64,000 nt of DNA from an uncultured Polyangiales bacterium. Lineage in GTDB: Bacteria > Myxococcota_A > Polyangia > Polyangiales > JADJMO01. Each line of letters starts with the position of its first letter. The first letter of the stretch is position 1. Shown in pieces: positions 26,189 to 34,468 of the stretch. The notes below the pieces were generated by a model. It was not told the DNA's origin and made no database searches. It saw only the letters and a list, made by a program, of their open reading frames with translations. Position numbers and translations under genes: made by a program. The stretch is from contig CAZUZY010000003.1 of NCBI GenBank assembly GCA_964624885.1, positions 2,891 through 66,890 on the forward strand, written 5' to 3'.

Positions 26189-26860
26189 CTAGCACCAGCT
26201 CGCTTGGTCGGCGGCGTCGCGGAGGAGCTCGTGCACGTTGGCCTCGAGGATCCGGTAGCCGACGTTGCCGTAGAGGATCTGCCGCCGCTCGTTCAGCACG
26301 AACGTCGGGCTGCCGCGGACTCCCTCCTCCTCCACCGCCGCGTGATCGCGGTGCAGCTCGGCCCACGCGCTGCCGTCGTCGATGCGCGCGCGGAGGGCGT
26401 CTGCGGGTAGGCCCATCTCCTCGGCCACCGCGAGCGCCACCGGCAGCGCGCCGACGTCCAGCGCGTGCTCGAAGAACGCGACCCGCAGGCGCCAGGCGAG
26501 GGCCTCGACCACGGGGCGTCCGTCGACGTCGGGCAGCTCGAGCAGCCCGGCGGCCCGCGCCACGAGGTGCGGGACCAGCGAGCTCGCCGGGCGGACCCGT
26601 GACCAGGTGTCCGCGTGGAGCTTCACGTGGTCGAAGCGGGCCACGACGCCCGCCACGTGCGCGGCGTACGCCGGGAACCCACCGCGCGCCTGCCAGGCCT
26701 CGCCGATCTTGCGGGGCGTGTCGCCGAACACCGGGACGAAACGCGGCCGCACCACGATCTGTCCGGGGAAGTGGCGGCGCAGCTCGTCGAGCCGGATCTG
26801 GGCGACGTAGGCCCACACGCAGAGGACGTCGGAGTGGTGCGTCAGCAGGATCGACGACAT
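26189..26860 (-). CDS. DsbA/FrnE-like thioredoxin-fold protein
   Basis: 223-aa ORF containing HSDVLCVWAY, a single Cys at the position of the usual CxxC. The C-terminus has GSPTFVLNERRQILYGNVGY, typical of DsbA-family/HCCA-isomerase-like proteins. Confidence 0.8.
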   Translation of the reverse strand: MSSILLTHHSDVLCVWAYVAQIRLDELRRHFPGQIVVRPRFVPVFGDTPRKIGEAWQARGGFPAYAAHVAGVVARFDHVKLHADTWSRVRPASSLVPHLVARAAGLLELPDVDGRPVVEALAWRLRVAFFEHALDVGALPVALAVAEEMGLPADALRARIDDGSAWAELHRDHAAVEEEGVRGSPTFVLNERRQILYGNVGYRILEANVHELLRDAADQASWC

Positions 26861-26918
26861 GCGAGCCAGCGTGCCGCGACCGACCGAGGGCGTACAGCCG
26901 GTGTGCTACACCTGCAGC

Positions 26919-27782
26919 ATGCGGTCCGTCGCCGTCGCCGTCGCCGTCGCGGCGCTCGCGCTGCTCGTGCCCGCGCGCGCCTCGGCGTTCTGCCGCACCA
27001 CCACCTGCCGCGACGCCACCTGCGCCACCGACACCGACGGCTGCGTCACGAGCGGCAAGCCGCTCTACTGGTCGACGAGCTGCATCGGCTTCAGCGTCGA
27101 CGCGAAGCTCTCCGCCAACCTGCCGACCGACGGCGCGCGCAAGGCCATCGAGCGGTCGTTCATGGCCTGGGCCGACCTCGACTGCCCGACCGGCCGCGCC
27201 TCGCTCACCTTCAGCCCGCTCGCCGACACCACCTGCAACAAGATCGGCTACGTGAAGGACGGCGCCAACGTCCACGTCGTCACCTTCAAGGACGACGACT
27301 GGACCTACAAGGGCGTCGACAACACGCTCGCCAAGACCACGGTCACCTTCGACGCCGCCACCGGCGAGATCCTCGACGCCGACATCGAGGTGAACACCGC
27401 CACCAACCCGGTCACGGTGGGCGACACCGGCGTGAAGTTCGACCTGCAGTCGCTCCTCACCCACGAGGTGGGGCACCTCGTCGGGCTCGCGCACTCGAGC
27501 GACTTCGACGCCACCATGTACGCGTCGTACGAGGCCGGCACGACGCGGATCCGCGCGCTCTCGCCCGACGACAAGCGGGCACTGTGCGCGGTCTACCCAC
27601 CCGGGCGCGCCGCCAAGTGCGTGGCCGAGCCGCGGGGTGGACTCGCGACCAGCTGCGACCCGGCACCGGCGGGGGGTGGTTGCGCCACCGGCCCGGCTCG
27701 CCCGGGCGGCGGCTTCGGCCTACACTTGGGGTTCTTGGCGGTCGCGCTGCTCGCCCGGCGCGTCCGTCGTCGAACCCCATGA
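26919..27782 (+). CDS. Matrixin-family zinc metalloprotease with MYXO-CTERM-like sorting tail
   Basis: ATG 26919 gives MRSVAVAVAVAALALLVPARASA. Contains the HEVGHLVGLAHS zinc motif and a Met-turn (DATMYASY). The C-terminus GGGCATGPARPGGGFGLHLGFLAVALLARRVRRR follows a Cys-anchor / TM / Arg-cluster pattern. Confidence 0.88.
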   Translation: MRSVAVAVAVAALALLVPARASAFCRTTTCRDATCATDTDGCVTSGKPLYWSTSCIGFSVDAKLSANLPTDGARKAIERSFMAWADLDCPTGRASLTFSPLADTTCNKIGYVKDGANVHVVTFKDDDWTYKGVDNTLAKTTVTFDAATGEILDADIEVNTATNPVTVGDTGVKFDLQSLLTHEVGHLVGLAHSSDFDATMYASYEAGTTRIRALSPDDKRALCAVYPPGRAAKCVAEPRGGLATSCDPAPAGGGCATGPARPGGGFGLHLGFLAVALLARRVRRRTP

Positions 27783-28972
27783 GAGCTTCCCCCTTCGCTG
27801 CCGTCCCGCTCCTCGTCGCGCTCGCCGCGCCCTTGCTCGCTCCGAGTGGCTGCTCGAGCGGAAGCACGCAACCCACCCCGTCGCGGCTCTGCACGCCTGG
27901 CAACTTCGTCTTCTGCCGGTGCGCCGATCTGTCGGAGGGTACCAAGAAGTGCGCCGACGACGGGCAGTCGTTCGACGAGTGCGCGTGCCTGCCGGTCGAG
28001 GACACCGGGGTCGAGGACTTCGGCGTGCCCGACACCGGCGTCGACCCGGACACCGGCACGCCCGGCGACACCGGCCTCCCCAAGAACGACACCTGCCCCG
28101 GCCAGGTGCTCGCGGTCGATCCCGGCAAGGACACCGTCGTCGACGCCGACAACACCGGCGCCAGCGCCGACTACACGGGCGCGACCGGCGCCTGCGCGGT
28201 CGGCACCGGTCCCGAGCACGTCTACGCGATCATCCCGACCGGCAGCGGGAGCCTCACGGTCACCGTGGCGGGCAAGGGCACCTTCGACCCGACCCTCTAC
28301 ATGCGCGACACCGACTGCGCGACCGGCCCGCAGCTCAAGTGCGGCGAGACCACGGGCGCGGGCGGCACCGAGACGTTCTCGCTCAACGTCGTCACCGGCA
28401 AGACCTACTGGGTGTTCGTCGACGGCAAGGCGGGTAGCACCGGCGCCTACACGCTCACCGCCTCGCTCAAGGCGGGCTCGTTCTGCGGCGACGGCAAGGT
28501 CGACACCGGCGAGGGCTGCGACGACGGCAACAAGATCGCCGACGACGGGTGCGGCAACGACTGCCGCCCGCAGGGCGACCCGGTGGCGGGCGGCAAGTGC
28601 CCGGGCCTGCCGGTGCACGTGTGGCCGGGCAAGACCCTGAGCTTCACCGGCTCCACCAACGCCTACCCCAACAGCTACAAGGCCACGGTCTGCACGTTCG
28701 GCACCGCCGCGCAGGACCGGGTGTACGCGGTCACCGCCCACCAGACCGGCACGCTCAACGTGAAGCTCGACGCCGACTTCAACGCCGGCCTGTACGTGCG
28801 CGCGACCCCCTGCGACACGGGCACCGAGCTCAAGTGCGTGAACGACGTCACCACCACCGGCCCCGGCATCGAGACGATGTCGTTCCCGGTGACCGACGGC
28901 AAGACCTACTACCTGTTCGTCGACGGCGTGTTCTCCAACAAGGGGAACTTCACGCTGACCCTCAACTTCTAG
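27779..28972 (+). CDS. Cys-rich lipoprotein with two PPC/jelly-roll-like domains and a myxococcus cysteine-rich repeat
   Basis: ATG 27779 overlaps the protease stop (ATGA). Starts MRASPFAAVPLLVALAAPLLAPSGC. Contains CGDGKVDTGEGCDDGNKIADDGCGNDC. Two homologous modules end GKTYWVFVDGKAGSTGAYTLTASL and GKTYYLFVDGVFSNKGNFTLTLNF. Confidence 0.85.
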   Translation: MRASPFAAVPLLVALAAPLLAPSGCSSGSTQPTPSRLCTPGNFVFCRCADLSEGTKKCADDGQSFDECACLPVEDTGVEDFGVPDTGVDPDTGTPGDTGLPKNDTCPGQVLAVDPGKDTVVDADNTGASADYTGATGACAVGTGPEHVYAIIPTGSGSLTVTVAGKGTFDPTLYMRDTDCATGPQLKCGETTGAGGTETFSLNVVTGKTYWVFVDGKAGSTGAYTLTASLKAGSFCGDGKVDTGEGCDDGNKIADDGCGNDCRPQGDPVAGGKCPGLPVHVWPGKTLSFTGSTNAYPNSYKATVCTFGTAAQDRVYAVTAHQTGTLNVKLDADFNAGLYVRATPCDTGTELKCVNDVTTTGPGIETMSFPVTDGKTYYLFVDGVFSNKGNFTLTLNF

Positions 28973-29025
28973 CGCGGCGTCCGGTCGCCTTGACGGCGCG
29001 GAGGCCGGCCCGTATCCGGCGCTGC

Positions 29026-30051
29026 ATGTCCCGCCGCCTCGTCCTCGCCGCCTTCGCCGTCCTCTCCTCCTCCGCCCTCTTCGTCTCCGGGGCCGGCGAG
29101 GCCGCGCCCGCGCGGGACCCGAAGATCATGGCGCTCGCCAACGCCGCCGCCAAGTGCAAGTTCGAGGACGAGTACTTCGACAACGAGTGCAAGGCGTACA
29201 CGGCGTGGACCGACGAGGAGAAGCTCTTCGAGGACAACAAGGGCGACGCGACGCTGCTCTCGATGCTCGAGGATCCGGACCTGAAGCTCCGCACCCTCGC
29301 CGTCGCCAAGGGCATCCCGGCCGCCGCGTTCTCCACCAAGCCCCTGGTCGAGAAGCTGCTGGCCCTCGGCAAGACCGAGAAGAGCAAGGTGATCCTCCAC
29401 GACCTCGGCAGCCTCTCGGCGCGCGTCGACCTCGAGAAGCACGGCCTGGTCGGCAAGCTCGCCGAGCTCGCCGCGCACCCCGAGGCCTCGTTCCGCGATC
29501 CGTTCGCGTTCCACGTCTACGCCGACAAGCAGACCCCCGAGCGCCTCGCCATCGTGAAGGTGCTCGTCACCGACAAGGACGCGAAGGTGCGCAAGTCGGC
29601 GTACACCACGCTCTCGATGGGCGCGCAGCGCGCGAAGGACAACACCGAGGCGTGCAAGCTCATGGGCGCGCAGCTCGACAAGACCGACGAGACCCACGGC
29701 GACATGCTGTGGAGCGCGGGCTCGAGCAAGTGCATGTCGATCTACGAGACGCTCGGCAGCACGCTGGTGAAGCGCGCCGCCGACCTCGCCCTCGTCGAGA
29801 AGCACGGCGTCAGCTACTCGCTCTCCATCAGCTTCATGTGCAGCAACGGCGGCGCCAAGGCCAAGGGGTTCGTGGCCGCCAAGATGCTCACCGACGCCAA
29901 GGTGAAGAACAGCAACGTGCGCGCCGCGGCGGTCGACTGCCTCGCGAGCTGCGACCCGGTGGCCGCCAAGCCGGTGCTGGCCGCCTTGGCGAAGGACAAG
30001 GAGAAGTACGTGGCCGAGCGCGCGACCAAGGAGCTCGCCAAGCTCAAGTAG
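29026..30051 (+). CDS. Secreted HEAT/ARM-like helical repeat protein
   Basis: ATG 29026 gives MSRRLVLAAFAVLSSSALFVSGAGEA (signal peptide). The sequence is Lys/Ala/Leu-rich and helical, with motifs such as DPDLKLRTLAV, DKDAKVRKSAY and NSNVRAAAVDCL. Confidence 0.75.
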   Translation: MSRRLVLAAFAVLSSSALFVSGAGEAAPARDPKIMALANAAAKCKFEDEYFDNECKAYTAWTDEEKLFEDNKGDATLLSMLEDPDLKLRTLAVAKGIPAAAFSTKPLVEKLLALGKTEKSKVILHDLGSLSARVDLEKHGLVGKLAELAAHPEASFRDPFAFHVYADKQTPERLAIVKVLVTDKDAKVRKSAYTTLSMGAQRAKDNTEACKLMGAQLDKTDETHGDMLWSAGSSKCMSIYETLGSTLVKRAADLALVEKHGVSYSLSISFMCSNGGAKAKGFVAAKMLTDAKVKNSNVRAAAVDCLASCDPVAAKPVLAALAKDKEKYVAERATKELAKLK

Positions 30052-30075
30052 GCTCGGAGCGCCAGGCTCCCGCCG

Positions 30076-31317
30076 TCAAGGTGCGGGGGCGGCCTCGAGG
30101 GGGTGGAAGTCGCCGTCGCCCGACAGCGTGGACTTGGTCGCCGCGGCGAACGCCTCCGCGGCCTCGAGGACCCGCAGGAAGTTGCCGCCGAGGATCTTCT
30201 TCACCCGCGCCTCGCCGTGCCCGCGCTCGAGGAGCGCGCGCGTGATCGAGGGCAGACCGTCGATGCCGGTCATCCCCTCGGGGAGGCTGTCCACCCCGTC
30301 GAAGTCCGAGCCGAGCCCGACGTGGTCCTCACCAGCCACCTCGACCATGTGCTCGATGTGGTCGATCAGCACCGAGAGCTTCGTCGTGGGTCGCGGCTTC
30401 TTGTCGTAGTCCGGGTCGAGGTAGCGCGGCCAGAAGTTGACCATCGCGACGCCGCCGTTCTTGGCGAGCGCGCGCAGCATCTCGTCGCTGAGGTTGCGGC
30501 GGTCGTTGCGGATCGCGCGCGCCGACGAGTGCGAGGCGATGACCGGCGCCTTGGCGACGCGCATCACCGCGAAGAAGGTCTCGTCGGAGACGTGCGACAC
30601 GTCGACCAGCATGCCGATGCGCTGCATCTCGGCGACGACGCGCTCGCCGAACGGCGACAGGCCGTGGTGCCGCACGACGGCCGGGCCGGAGAACCCGGCG
30701 GAGTCCGCCCAGTCGTTGGTGTTGGTGTGGGTGAGCGTCATGTAGCGCACGCCGAGCCGGTGGAAGTCGCGCAGCGCCGAGAGCGAGTTCTCGATGGCGT
30801 GTCCGCCCTCGAGGCCCATCAGCGCCGCGATCTTCTGGTCGGCCTTCGCCTTGCGGATGTCGGCGGCCGTGCGCGCCAGCACCAGGTGGTCGGGGTGCCG
30901 CTCGACCTGCTGGTAGACGAGATCGATGAGCTGGAGCGCGCGGCGGGCCGCGCCGTTGCCGACGTAGACGCGGTCGACGAAGATCGAGAAGAACTCGCCG
31001 GTGACGCCACCGGCCTTCATGCGGGGCAGATCGGTGTGCGTCTTGCCGTCGGGCTTGCCGAGGTCGAACCCCGTGGCCGCCATCACCATCGGGATGTCGT
31101 CGTGACCATCGATGACAATTGCCTCGCGGTGGATGCGCGCGGCGCGCTCGTCGAGGGTCTCCACGCGTGCCGAAGCCGAGGTGGAGGCGACGACGGAGGG
31201 TGCGGACGCCGACGGAGGCGCGGGTGGGGTCTCTTTCGGCGCGTCCCGCCCGCAGCCGCCGCACAGGAGGGCCAGCGCGAGCAGGTGCCGCGCGGCGTCG
31301 GAAGAAGGCGTCTCCAT
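30076..31317 (-). CDS. Membrane dipeptidase (peptidase M19) lipoprotein
   Basis: ATG 31317 gives METPSSDAARHLLALALLCGGC (alternative TTG 31332 / GTG 31329). Motifs present: VIDGHDD, MTLTHTNTNDWADS, DVSHVSD, ASHSSARA, GLGSDFDG. Confidence 0.9.
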   Translation of the reverse strand: METPSSDAARHLLALALLCGGCGRDAPKETPPAPPSASAPSVVASTSASARVETLDERAARIHREAIVIDGHDDIPMVMAATGFDLGKPDGKTHTDLPRMKAGGVTGEFFSIFVDRVYVGNGAARRALQLIDLVYQQVERHPDHLVLARTAADIRKAKADQKIAALMGLEGGHAIENSLSALRDFHRLGVRYMTLTHTNTNDWADSAGFSGPAVVRHHGLSPFGERVVAEMQRIGMLVDVSHVSDETFFAVMRVAKAPVIASHSSARAIRNDRRNLSDEMLRALAKNGGVAMVNFWPRYLDPDYDKKPRPTTKLSVLIDHIEHMVEVAGEDHVGLGSDFDGVDSLPEGMTGIDGLPSITRALLERGHGEARVKKILGGNFLRVLEAAEAFAAATKSTLSGDGDFHPLEAAPAP

Positions 31318-31373
31318 CGGATTCTGCACCAACGTCAGAGACCCACTCTACATTCGGGCAGAGAACCGCGCGG

Positions 31374-31538
31374 CTAGCGCTTGCGGAGGGCCTTCGCGAG
31401 CTCGCCGAGCACGCCGCGGAGGCGCTCGATCTCGTCGGCCGCCTCCTTGCGGTCGGCCGGGTCGGTGGTCTCGCGGAGGTCGTGCACCTTGCGCAGGATG
31501 GCCGCGCTGCCCAGCGTCTCGCGGAGCCGCTGCCTTGG
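31374..31538 (-). pseudogene. 3' gene fragment (helical C-terminus) without start codon
   Basis: The minus frame reads PRQRLRETLGSAAILRKVHDLRETTDPADRKEAADEIERLRGVLGELAKALRKR, ending at TAG (31374-31376). It is bounded upstream by an in-frame TAA (31539-31541) exactly where GC content drops (ttggttatgtaagg). There is no ATG. Confidence 0.3.
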
Positions 31539-31850
31539 TTATGTAAGGTCCGGACCTCGGCGGCGGAACGGACCTGGACTATCTACCCTCTACATCACAG
31601 AGACCCAGCACCGCGGTGTGACGAATGACGGGGGCTACGTCGACTGGTTGTGCGCGAGCATATTCCCGTTCGAGACGAAAAGCTTTCCTTCGACGAGCAC
31701 TCCCGCGTCGGGACCGCACGTCTCGCGGTGCTCGTCTCGTCGTATTGCGAGGTCGACGCGACTCGACGCGATTGGCGCGTCTGACCGGTGGATTCGCACG
31801 ACAGGCGGGCCCACGAAGGCGATGCGAGTGCGGGGCCGGCCGCGGCGATC

Positions 31851-32423
31851 TCAACTGGGAAACAAGGGCCAGCGCGGGGAAAGGCCGTGCGCCTCGAGGT
31901 CGGCAGCCGAAGGGTTCGGAGCTCCGAGATAGCCGGAGACGGCGGCCTCTGCCTCGCTCGCGAAGATGGTGTACCCGAGCGAGCCGGTCTCCCTGCCTGC
32001 GCAGGCGGCGCGAGCGACCTCCCAGACCTTCATCACACACGCTCCATCGGGTCCCTCGTTGCAGGGTCTCAGGGTGAAGAGCTCGATCCGAGCGGCGGTC
32101 CGGTACACGAGACCGGGCAAGGTCGCGCACGCGACCATCGTCGACAACGCCGCCATTCGTGCGACATGCGCGTCGACGGATGTGCGCGCCGCCGCGTCGA
32201 GCAGCGATTTCGCCTCGGATCGGGCCATGGCAGGCCGCACTGCGGAGCCGCCACACGCGATCACCAGCGGCGTTGCCAGCTCTTCGAGGATCGCACACAG
32301 CCGCTCGGCGGCACGACGTCGCTTCTTCGCTTGGGCCTCGGTGAAACGTCGCAGGCGGAGCCAGGCGAGCTCGTCGCGCTCCCAGTCGAGCAGCGACTGG
32401 GGCACGTCGGTGCGACGGGGCAT
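31851..32423 (-). CDS. Hypothetical protein (190 aa), possibly truncated by in-frame TGA
   Basis: ATG 32423, MPRRTDVPQSLLDWERDELAWLRL..., with coding-like GC3. The TGA at 31851-31853 is followed in the same frame by 71 further sense codons (to TAG 31635-31637) with similar codon bias. Confidence 0.55.
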   Translation of the reverse strand: MPRRTDVPQSLLDWERDELAWLRLRRFTEAQAKKRRRAAERLCAILEELATPLVIACGGSAVRPAMARSEAKSLLDAAARTSVDAHVARMAALSTMVACATLPGLVYRTAARIELFTLRPCNEGPDGACVMKVWEVARAACAGRETGSLGYTIFASEAEAAVSGYLGAPNPSAADLEAHGLSPRWPLFPS

Positions 32424-32613
32424 CTCGCGTTCGATTCAAGCACGCCGGTCGAGCGTGTCCTAGGGAGGTCTTGCGGGAGGCCAGGAATTTCAAGCGAATC
32501 GAGCCGTGACCGTCCCGAGAGTTCGTCGGTGACGAAGCCAATCACCTCGGATGAGGTAGCTTTCCCGGTCGAGAAGGGCGCGTCGTCGACCGAGTAGCCG
32601 GAGCCGTCGAAAC

Positions 32614-32718
32614 ATGTCGTTCCGCAACCCGAACCACCCGAACTACCGCGCCCGTGGCGATCGGCTCCTCCGCAACTTCCTCGAGAGCCTCACCGTTCAC
32701 GTGCGAGGGGCGCAGTGA
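32614..32718 (+). CDS. Small ORF (34 aa) translationally coupled to downstream gene
   Basis: ATG 32614 gives MSFRNPNHPNYRARGDRLLRNFLESLTVHVRGAQ, and its TGA overlaps the GTG 32715 of the next gene (GTGA). 30 of 34 codons end in G/C (hand count). GGAG lies about 10 nt upstream. Too short for the ORF track. Confidence 0.4.
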   Translation: MSFRNPNHPNYRARGDRLLRNFLESLTVHVRGAQ

Positions 32719-33479
32719 AGGCAGGCGACGTCTTCGCGCTCGACTGCTCGCGCCTCTACGCCGATCTCCAGCCGGCGCTGCGCGGCAAGTTCGGAGTGGT
32801 CTGGTGTCTCGGTCCCGCACCCGAAGACCGCGTGAGGTGCGCCGTCGCCGACGAGCTGTTCGACGAGATACCGAGTCTGACATCCCTGGAGCGTCGAACG
32901 CTGCGAGTGCGCAACCTGCCTCAGTTCGACCAGCCGTGCGTCTACCTGCTGCAAGACGGTAAGCTTCCTCGCGGCGTGACGTACCTCGGAACGCTCGCCC
33001 AGCAGCCGTCGGTGTCGAAGCGAGAGGCCGAGTTCGTCAACTACGCGGCGTGGTCGAACTTCGTCATCGCCTGGGACGCGGCGTGGAGGCGAGAGAATCA
33101 GGTGGTGACCACCAAGGAGGTCGAGGCTCGCGCCAGGGACGCAGCCGTGATCGAGCGACGACGGGCGGGTGGCCTCGAAGGCTACGCCCGTCGACGCCTC
33201 GCCAAGGGGCTCACGGAGCTGGTCTCGAAACGCCGCGCCGAGGGCCTGCGTCGAATCCTTCGCGTCGCCGTCGACGAGCTGAGGCCAGCGAAATCGAGGG
33301 CGGCTCGCACACGTGCGCTCGAGGCGGCCGTCCTGGCCATCAACGAATACGACGACGCGCAGCGGGGCTTCATCGACACGCCCGTGCGGGAGGTGTTGCT
33401 CGAGTGCCTCCGAGATCTCGCGGCCCTCGCCGACCTCGGTGACCTCACCGCGAAGCTGGACCGCTGGCGCGACTGGTGA
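32715..33479 (+). CDS. Orphan hypothetical protein (254 aa)
   Basis: GTG 32715 is preceded by GAGGGG. MKAGDVFALDCSRLYADLQPALRGKFGVVWCLG..., with a helical Arg/Glu-rich C-terminal half. No domain recognised. Confidence 0.65.
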   Translation: MKAGDVFALDCSRLYADLQPALRGKFGVVWCLGPAPEDRVRCAVADELFDEIPSLTSLERRTLRVRNLPQFDQPCVYLLQDGKLPRGVTYLGTLAQQPSVSKREAEFVNYAAWSNFVIAWDAAWRRENQVVTTKEVEARARDAAVIERRRAGGLEGYARRRLAKGLTELVSKRRAEGLRRILRVAVDELRPAKSRAARTRALEAAVLAINEYDDAQRGFIDTPVREVLLECLRDLAALADLGDLTAKLDRWRDW

Positions 33480-33498
33480 GCGTCGGGCGCCTCGGCGT

Positions 33499-33516
33499 CG
33501 CACGACCCTTCGTGCG
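33499..33516 (+). terminator. Stem-loop CGCACGA-ccct-TCGTGCG just after stop of 32715..33479
   Basis: 7-bp perfect stem read directly, 20 nt downstream of the stop. There is no U-tract, so it is only a weak intrinsic-terminator candidate. Confidence 0.3.
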
Positions 33517-33677
33517 GCGGCCATGACCTCGGAGGTCATCGCCAGGTCGTCGCACGGTCGGCTTCCTCGACAAGGCTCCGGGTTGAGCACGCTCGAGGTC
33601 GATCACTAGGGCAGGCGTCTCGCAAGGACGTCTCCGCGCCCTGGACGTGAGGAAAGCGACGGGCGATCCTGCGAAAC

Positions 33678-34028
33678 GTGCGCGTGACCATCACGATCGT
33701 GGCACTCGGCGTCGGGTGTGGATCCACAGTACGCGACGTCGCCCAGCCACCACCGGTGAACCAACCACCGCGGATGGCGCCTTTGCCGTCGGTGACGGCG
33801 ACGAGCGCGTCGAGCTCGCCCGCGCTGGTCGCGTCGGCATCCGCCCAGCCTCCGCCTTCTGCGTCGTCGAGCCCGAGCGTGGCGAAGCTCGCGCCCGTCT
33901 CCGCAAAGGCGGTGAAAGCCTGCGTGGCCGACTGTGACGCCGGCTTCGATGCCTGCATGTCGCAGGGGGGCGGGAATTGCAGCGGCCCCTACGCAGCGTG
34001 TGTCAGTGGGTGCAAGAAGGCTCCCTAG
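33678..34028 (+). CDS. Small Cys-rich lipoprotein
   Basis: GTG 33678 gives MRVTITIVALGVGCGS (lipobox). A Pro/Ser/Ala linker leads to a C-terminal CVADCDAGFDACMSQGGGNCSGPYAACVSGC. GC3 strongly favours this strand over antisense ORF 33536..33958. Confidence 0.7.
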   Translation: MRVTITIVALGVGCGSTVRDVAQPPPVNQPPRMAPLPSVTATSASSSPALVASASAQPPPSASSSPSVAKLAPVSAKAVKACVADCDAGFDACMSQGGGNCSGPYAACVSGCKKAP

Positions 34029-34077
34029 AGAGGTTCAGCCTCTCGCCCGGAAGAGGTGGGTGACGCGTCCACAGACC

Positions 34078-34287
34078 TCAGCCGCCTTGTTCCTGAGAGG
34101 CTTGCACATCCTCGTTCATGTCGAGCTTGCCGCTCGAGATCTTTGCGGGCTTGGCCGCAGCGGGCGCCGCGGGCTTGGCCGCGGGAGCGGTCGGCTTCTT
34201 CCCCTGAGCCCCGGCCGGCGTCGCGATCGACGCGGCGACGAGGACTCCCATCGCGAGTACCGTCCCCCCGAAGAACCAAGTTTTCAT
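34078..34287 (-). CDS. Small secreted protein (69 aa)
   Basis: ATG 34287 gives MKTWFFGGTVLAMGVLVAASIATPAGAQG (signal peptide), then a KP/AA-rich segment. GC3 is high. In-frame tail of ORF 34078..34827. Confidence 0.55.
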   Translation of the reverse strand: MKTWFFGGTVLAMGVLVAASIATPAGAQGKKPTAPAAKPAAPAAAKPAKISSGKLDMNEDVQASQEQGG

Positions 34288-34468
34288 GGCCGGCGGATGT
34301 ACGATCAGGTCAGTGGCGGGTCGAGTGTCTGGAGCAGGCGAGACACCGCAGCGGTTGCGGACCTGGCCGGGGTATCCTCTGACATCCGGGTCAGGGGCCC
34401 GGGAGTTTTCCTCGTGATTCTGCGGCGGTCCGCCGCTTGCTGAAGCGCTCGGACCGAGGAGACGGGCG

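Noticed and set aside
31851-31853. TGA at 31851 considered as a selenocysteine codon, and TAG at 1454 as pyrrolysine or programmed read-through.
   Set aside because: I could not identify a convincing SECIS-like stem-loop immediately 3' of the TGA, and no sel/pyl genes are in the window. The expected residue at 1454 is Trp, which fits a simple point mutation. A nonsense mutation or sequencing error is the simpler explanation.
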